Of a stretch of 20,000 bases of DNA, positions 16,594 through 20,000 are shown one piece after another. A program made the translations under genes and the position numbers. How positions within the stretch are numbered: the first letter of the stretch is position 1; every line of letters begins with the position of its first letter. The stretch is from IMG/VR virus record IMGVR_UViG_3300028832_000124. One strand, given 5' to 3'. Source of the stretch: an uncultured virus (IMG/VR IMGVR_UViG_3300028832_000124) (taxonomy: Duplodnaviria; Heunggongvirae; Uroviricota; Caudoviricetes). The notes below the pieces were generated by a model. It was not told the origin of the DNA. It made no database searches and was given only the letters and a program-made list of their open reading frames with translations.

Positions 16594-16745
16594 TATTCTG
16601 AGTTTAATTGGTTTGCTACACTATTTGCTGCACCAAATTAACCCTCAAAAGCCTGCAAAAGCCGCGATTTCTCTTAATCGTTTGGAGATTTACCTCAACT
16701 CAGAATAATTATCAAAAAGCCTAATTTGCTGATTATCAGCATTGA
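16594..16745. other. Putative att junction: arm-type repeats and palindrome next to the tRNA 3' end
   Basis: Direct repeats TTTGCTACAC (16612) and TTTGCTGCAC (16624); inverted repeat TATTCTGAGTT (16594) / AACTCAGAATA (16697); palindrome TGCTGAT-T-ATCAGCA (16727-16741). Confidence 0.6.
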
Positions 16746-16817
16746 GCGGAATACGGGACTCGAACCCGCGACCCTCGGCTTGGGAAGCCAATGCTCTACC
16801 AACTGAGCTAATTCCGC
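16745..16817 (-). tRNA. tRNA-Gly (anticodon CCC)
   Basis: GCGGAAT acceptor stem, D arm GCTC-AGTTGGTA-GAGC, anticodon loop TTCCCAA, T loop TTCGAGT; CCA not encoded. Confidence 0.97.
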
Positions 16818-16915
16818 TTGACTACGTTAATCGGATTTTCGGCTTGCGCGAAAATTCCGCAAAAAAGAGCCAGAACTTGCATCTTAATGCTGATTCTGAC
16901 TCCTGAACGTGAGAG

Positions 16916-16988
<73 letters not shown>

Positions 16989-17031
16989 AACATTTCACAG
17001 ATCTCTTTGCTCTTCTTTTCGAAAGCGGATG

Positions 17032-17039
17032 CAAAGGTA
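17032..17039 (-). promoter_or_regulatory. -7 box TACCTTTG of the tRNA promoter
   Basis: Matches TAnnTTTG(CA) about 44 bp upstream of tRNA-Thr. Confidence 0.75.
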
Positions 17040-17073
17040 AGGAATTTTTTCGAAACCACAAAATATTTTTGCC

Positions 17074-19899
17074 TTAAAGTTTCGATTTTAAATATTTTCC
17101 TGTAATGCTACGCTCTATTTTCACGATTTCCTCAGGTGTTCCGCATGCTACAAGCTCACCACCACGGTCTCCACCGTCTGGACCTATGTCTATGATATGG
17201 TCGGCCATTTTGATGATTTCCATGTTGTGCTCGATGATGAGAATGGTGTGTCCGCGTTCTATCAGTGCGTTGAAGGCTTGCAGCAGTCGCTCGATGTCGT
17301 GGAAGTGAAGTCCTGTGGTAGGCTCGTCGAAGATGAAGAGCGTAGGCTCCTGGCGTTCCTGTCCGATGTAGTAGGCCAGTTTGACACGCTGGTTTTCGCC
17401 ACCCGAAAGTGTGCTTGAGTTCTGCCCCAGTTTGATATAGCCCAGACCTACGTCCTCCAGTGTCTTCAAACGCTTGACGATGGTTTGCGCCTTCTTGTCG
17501 GCACTGAAGAACTGGATGGCCTCCGTGATGGTCATGTTCAGCACGTCGTCAATGTTCTTGCCATTATAGCGCACGTCCAGAATGTCGTGCTTGAAGCGGT
17601 GGCCGTGACAGGCTTCGCACTCCAAGACAAGGTCGGCCATAAACTGCATCTCCACCGTTATCACACCTGCACCCTTACACTCGTCGCAACGGCCACCGTC
17701 AGCGTTAAACGAGAAGTACTGGCTTGTAAATCCCATCTGTTTCGACAGGGGTTGGTCGGCATAAAGGTCGCGAATGGCGTCGTAGGCTTTCACATAGGTG
17801 GCAGGATTCGAACGTGTCGATTTACCGATAGGATTCTGATCCACCATTTCCACGTGTTTCAGTGCCAGATAGTCGCCCTGCAAACCCATGTATTCGCCTG
17901 GTGCATCGCATACCTCGCCCAAATGGCGTTTCAGGGCAGGGTAGATGATACCCTTTACCAGACTCGACTTGCCTGAGCCGGACACGCCTGTTACTACCGT
18001 CATCACGTTCAGCGGTATATCGACATCAATGCCTTTCAGATTGTTCATCCTCGCCCCCTTGATGGACATCTTGCGATTCCATGGACGTCGCGACATGGGC
18101 ACAGGTATTTCGTCCTGATGGTGCAGATAGCGCAGGGTGTAGCTTTTCTCGGCGTCACTGCTCTCGGCAGTTTTGCCGTCGAGCACAGGGCCGGCATACA
18201 TGATTTCGCCACCCAGGCGTCCTGCATCGGGGCCTACGTCTATCAGGTAGTCGGCAGCACGCATAATCTCCTCGTCATGCTCCACAATGACCACTGTATT
18301 GCCAATGTCGCGCAGTTCTTTCAACACCTTAATCAGTCGGTTGGTGTCGCGTGAGTGCAGGCCAATACTGGGCTCGTCCAAAATGTATAGCGAACCTACC
18401 AGCGACGAGCCTAAAGCGGTGGTCAAATTGATGCGCTGGCTTTCGCCGCCCGACAGCGTGTTCGACATGCGGTTTAGTGTCAGGTAACCCAGTCCTACAT
18501 CGAGCAGGAATTGCAGTCTTGAGTTGATTTCTGTCATCAGCCGACGACCTATCTGCGTCTCCTGTTCCGTCAGTTCCAGCTGGTCGAACCACTCCTTCAG
18601 CCTCTTGATGGGCATCTGTACAAGGTCGGTAATGCTGCGTCCGCCAATCTTCACGTAGTCGGCTTCGGGCTTCAATCGCGTACCGTGACATTTCGGACAC
18701 GTCGTCTTACCACGATAGCGTGCCAGCATCACGCGATACTGAATCTTGTATTGATTCTCCTTTACCATATCGAAGAAGGCGTCAATCGATACCTGTTCGT
18801 CCTTTGGACGCTTGCGGTCACTGGGCAGTCCGTGCCACAGCATGTCTTTCTGGCGTTGTGTCAGCGACATGTAGGGTTCGAAGATGGGGAAATCGTCCAG
18901 GGCAGCACGTCGGCAGAATTCGTCCTTCCAGTTCTTCATCTTCTCGCCGTGCCAGCATACCACGCAGCCGTCATATACCGACAGCGTTGAATTGGGAATT
19001 ACCAGATGTTCGTCGATGCCTATAATCTTGCCGAAGCCCTGACATTCAGGACAGGCACCTGCTGGCGAGTTGAATGAAAACATCTGGTCGTTGGGCTCCT
19101 CGAACGTCATGCCGTCAGCCTCGAAGCGCATCGAGTAGTCGTAGCAGATGCCTGAAGGCTGGAACATCAGTCGCAGTTCCCCATGACCCTCATAAAAGGC
19201 CGTCTCGGCAGAGTCCACCAGTCGCGATATGGCATCCTTGGCATCGTCGACGCTCAGACGGTCAATGACCAAATAGAGGTCTGATGTCGGAGGGTTGATG
19301 TCTGAGAGCTGGTTGCTGTTGTCTGCCAGATAATCGTCTATTCTTACGATATCGTTACCCACTGCCATACGCGCATAACCGTTCTGCACGTACATCTGCA
19401 GTTGTCGTTCCAGCGTGCGACCTTCAACAGGATGGATGGGTGCCATGACCACGAAGCGCGTGCCAGGCTGATATTGGCGCGTACATTCGATGATGTCTTC
19501 CGTCGAATGCTTCTTTACCTCCTGTCCGCTGATGGGCGAATAGGTGCGACCAATGCGGGCAAACAGCAATCGCAGGTATTCGTAGATTTCTGTCGTCGTA
19601 CCTACCGTCGAACGCGGATTCCTTGAAATCACTTTCTGTTCGATGGCAATGGCAGGGGGCAAACCCTTGATGAAGTCGCATTCGGGCTTGTTCATACGTC
19701 CTAAGAACTGACGCGCATAGCTCGACAGACTCTCCACATAACGGCGCTGTCCCTCGGCATATAGCGTGTCGAAAGCCAAACTCGACTTGCCGCTACCGCT
19801 CACACCGGCTATTACCACCAGTTTGTCGCGTGGAATCTTTACGTTTACATTCTTGAGGTTATTGACCCTCGCACCCTTTATCTCGATATAGTCACTCAT
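17074..19899 (-). CDS. uvrA: Excinuclease ABC subunit A
   Basis: 941 aa; two ABC modules (GVSGSGKSS twice, LSGGE twice, LDEPSIGLH and FDEPTTGLH) and CxxC zinc fingers. Confidence 0.98.
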   Translation of the reverse strand: MSDYIEIKGARVNNLKNVNVKIPRDKLVVIAGVSGSGKSSLAFDTLYAEGQRRYVESLSSYARQFLGRMNKPECDFIKGLPPAIAIEQKVISRNPRSTVGTTTEIYEYLRLLFARIGRTYSPISGQEVKKHSTEDIIECTRQYQPGTRFVVMAPIHPVEGRTLERQLQMYVQNGYARMAVGNDIVRIDDYLADNSNQLSDINPPTSDLYLVIDRLSVDDAKDAISRLVDSAETAFYEGHGELRLMFQPSGICYDYSMRFEADGMTFEEPNDQMFSFNSPAGACPECQGFGKIIGIDEHLVIPNSTLSVYDGCVVCWHGEKMKNWKDEFCRRAALDDFPIFEPYMSLTQRQKDMLWHGLPSDRKRPKDEQVSIDAFFDMVKENQYKIQYRVMLARYRGKTTCPKCHGTRLKPEADYVKIGGRSITDLVQMPIKRLKEWFDQLELTEQETQIGRRLMTEINSRLQFLLDVGLGYLTLNRMSNTLSGGESQRINLTTALGSSLVGSLYILDEPSIGLHSRDTNRLIKVLKELRDIGNTVVIVEHDEEIMRAADYLIDVGPDAGRLGGEIMYAGPVLDGKTAESSDAEKSYTLRYLHHQDEIPVPMSRRPWNRKMSIKGARMNNLKGIDVDIPLNVMTVVTGVSGSGKSSLVKGIIYPALKRHLGEVCDAPGEYMGLQGDYLALKHVEMVDQNPIGKSTRSNPATYVKAYDAIRDLYADQPLSKQMGFTSQYFSFNADGGRCDECKGAGVITVEMQFMADLVLECEACHGHRFKHDILDVRYNGKNIDDVLNMTITEAIQFFSADKKAQTIVKRLKTLEDVGLGYIKLGQNSSTLSGGENQRVKLAYYIGQERQEPTLFIFDEPTTGLHFHDIERLLQAFNALIERGHTILIIEHNMEIIKMADHIIDIGPDGGDRGGELVACGTPEEIVKIERSITGKYLKSKL

Positions 19900-19921
19900 T
19901 TCCGATTATTATATTAAAATG

Positions 19922-19929
19922 CAAAGGTA
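19922..19929 (-). promoter_or_regulatory. -7 box TACCTTTG of the uvrA promoter
   Basis: Matches TAnnTTTG(CA) 22 bp upstream of the uvrA ATG. Confidence 0.7.
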
Positions 19930-20000
19930 GTATAAAATTTCGATTAAGCGAAAAGATTATTGATAATTTTTCTCTATTGAGCATGAGAAAGTTAATAGAT

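Larger units (their letters stand above)
1..16745. mobile_element. Integrated element (probable prophage; ICE not excluded) inserted at the 3' end of tRNA-Gly; continues beyond the left edge of the window
   Basis: Arm-domain tyrosine integrase directly abuts the tRNA-Gly 3' end. Dense small hypothetical ORFs plus ArdC, RadC and WYL_2-like genes. Housekeeping uvrA lies on the other side of the tRNAs. No structural or conjugation genes are visible, so the element class is inferred. Confidence 0.8.

Noticed and set aside
16742..16745. Missing CCA on tRNA-Gly as damage from integration
   Set aside because: The neighbouring tRNA-Thr also lacks an encoded CCA, so this is probably normal for the host.

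Overview
Bacteroidales-like (probably Prevotella-type) DNA, judged from TAnnTTTG -7 promoter boxes and A-rich leaders without Shine-Dalgarno sites. The right end (16745-20000) is host chromosome: uvrA, tRNA-Thr(CGT) and tRNA-Gly(CCC). Everything from <1 to ~16745 looks like one end of a large integrated element, most likely a prophage, inserted at the 3' end of tRNA-Gly. It contains a leftward operon of phage-like hypothetical genes (<1-1869), an AT-rich divergent control or terminus region (1870-2944), and an ~11 kb rightward early/leading-type region of about 25 mostly small genes (ArdC, RadC, a PRTase, a WYL_2/SH3-like protein, a DUF4313-like protein). After these come an iteron-like repeat block and two convergent tyrosine recombinases. 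The main unexplained structures are: (1) about 17 copies of a conserved bulged-hairpin motif (GTCT-pyrimidine bulge-variable stem-RCWA-TTCACC/TAACC) at most gene junctions from 5051 to 14065; (2) an ~770-nt hairpin-dense interval without a convincing ORF (4320-5090), a candidate large ncRNA; (3) 11 exact + strand AGTACGA copies in 4061-4888; and (4) a 4+4 array of 12-bp repeats flanking an IHF-like site upstream of the second recombinase. Protein family calls come from motif recognition by eye, not from database searches.
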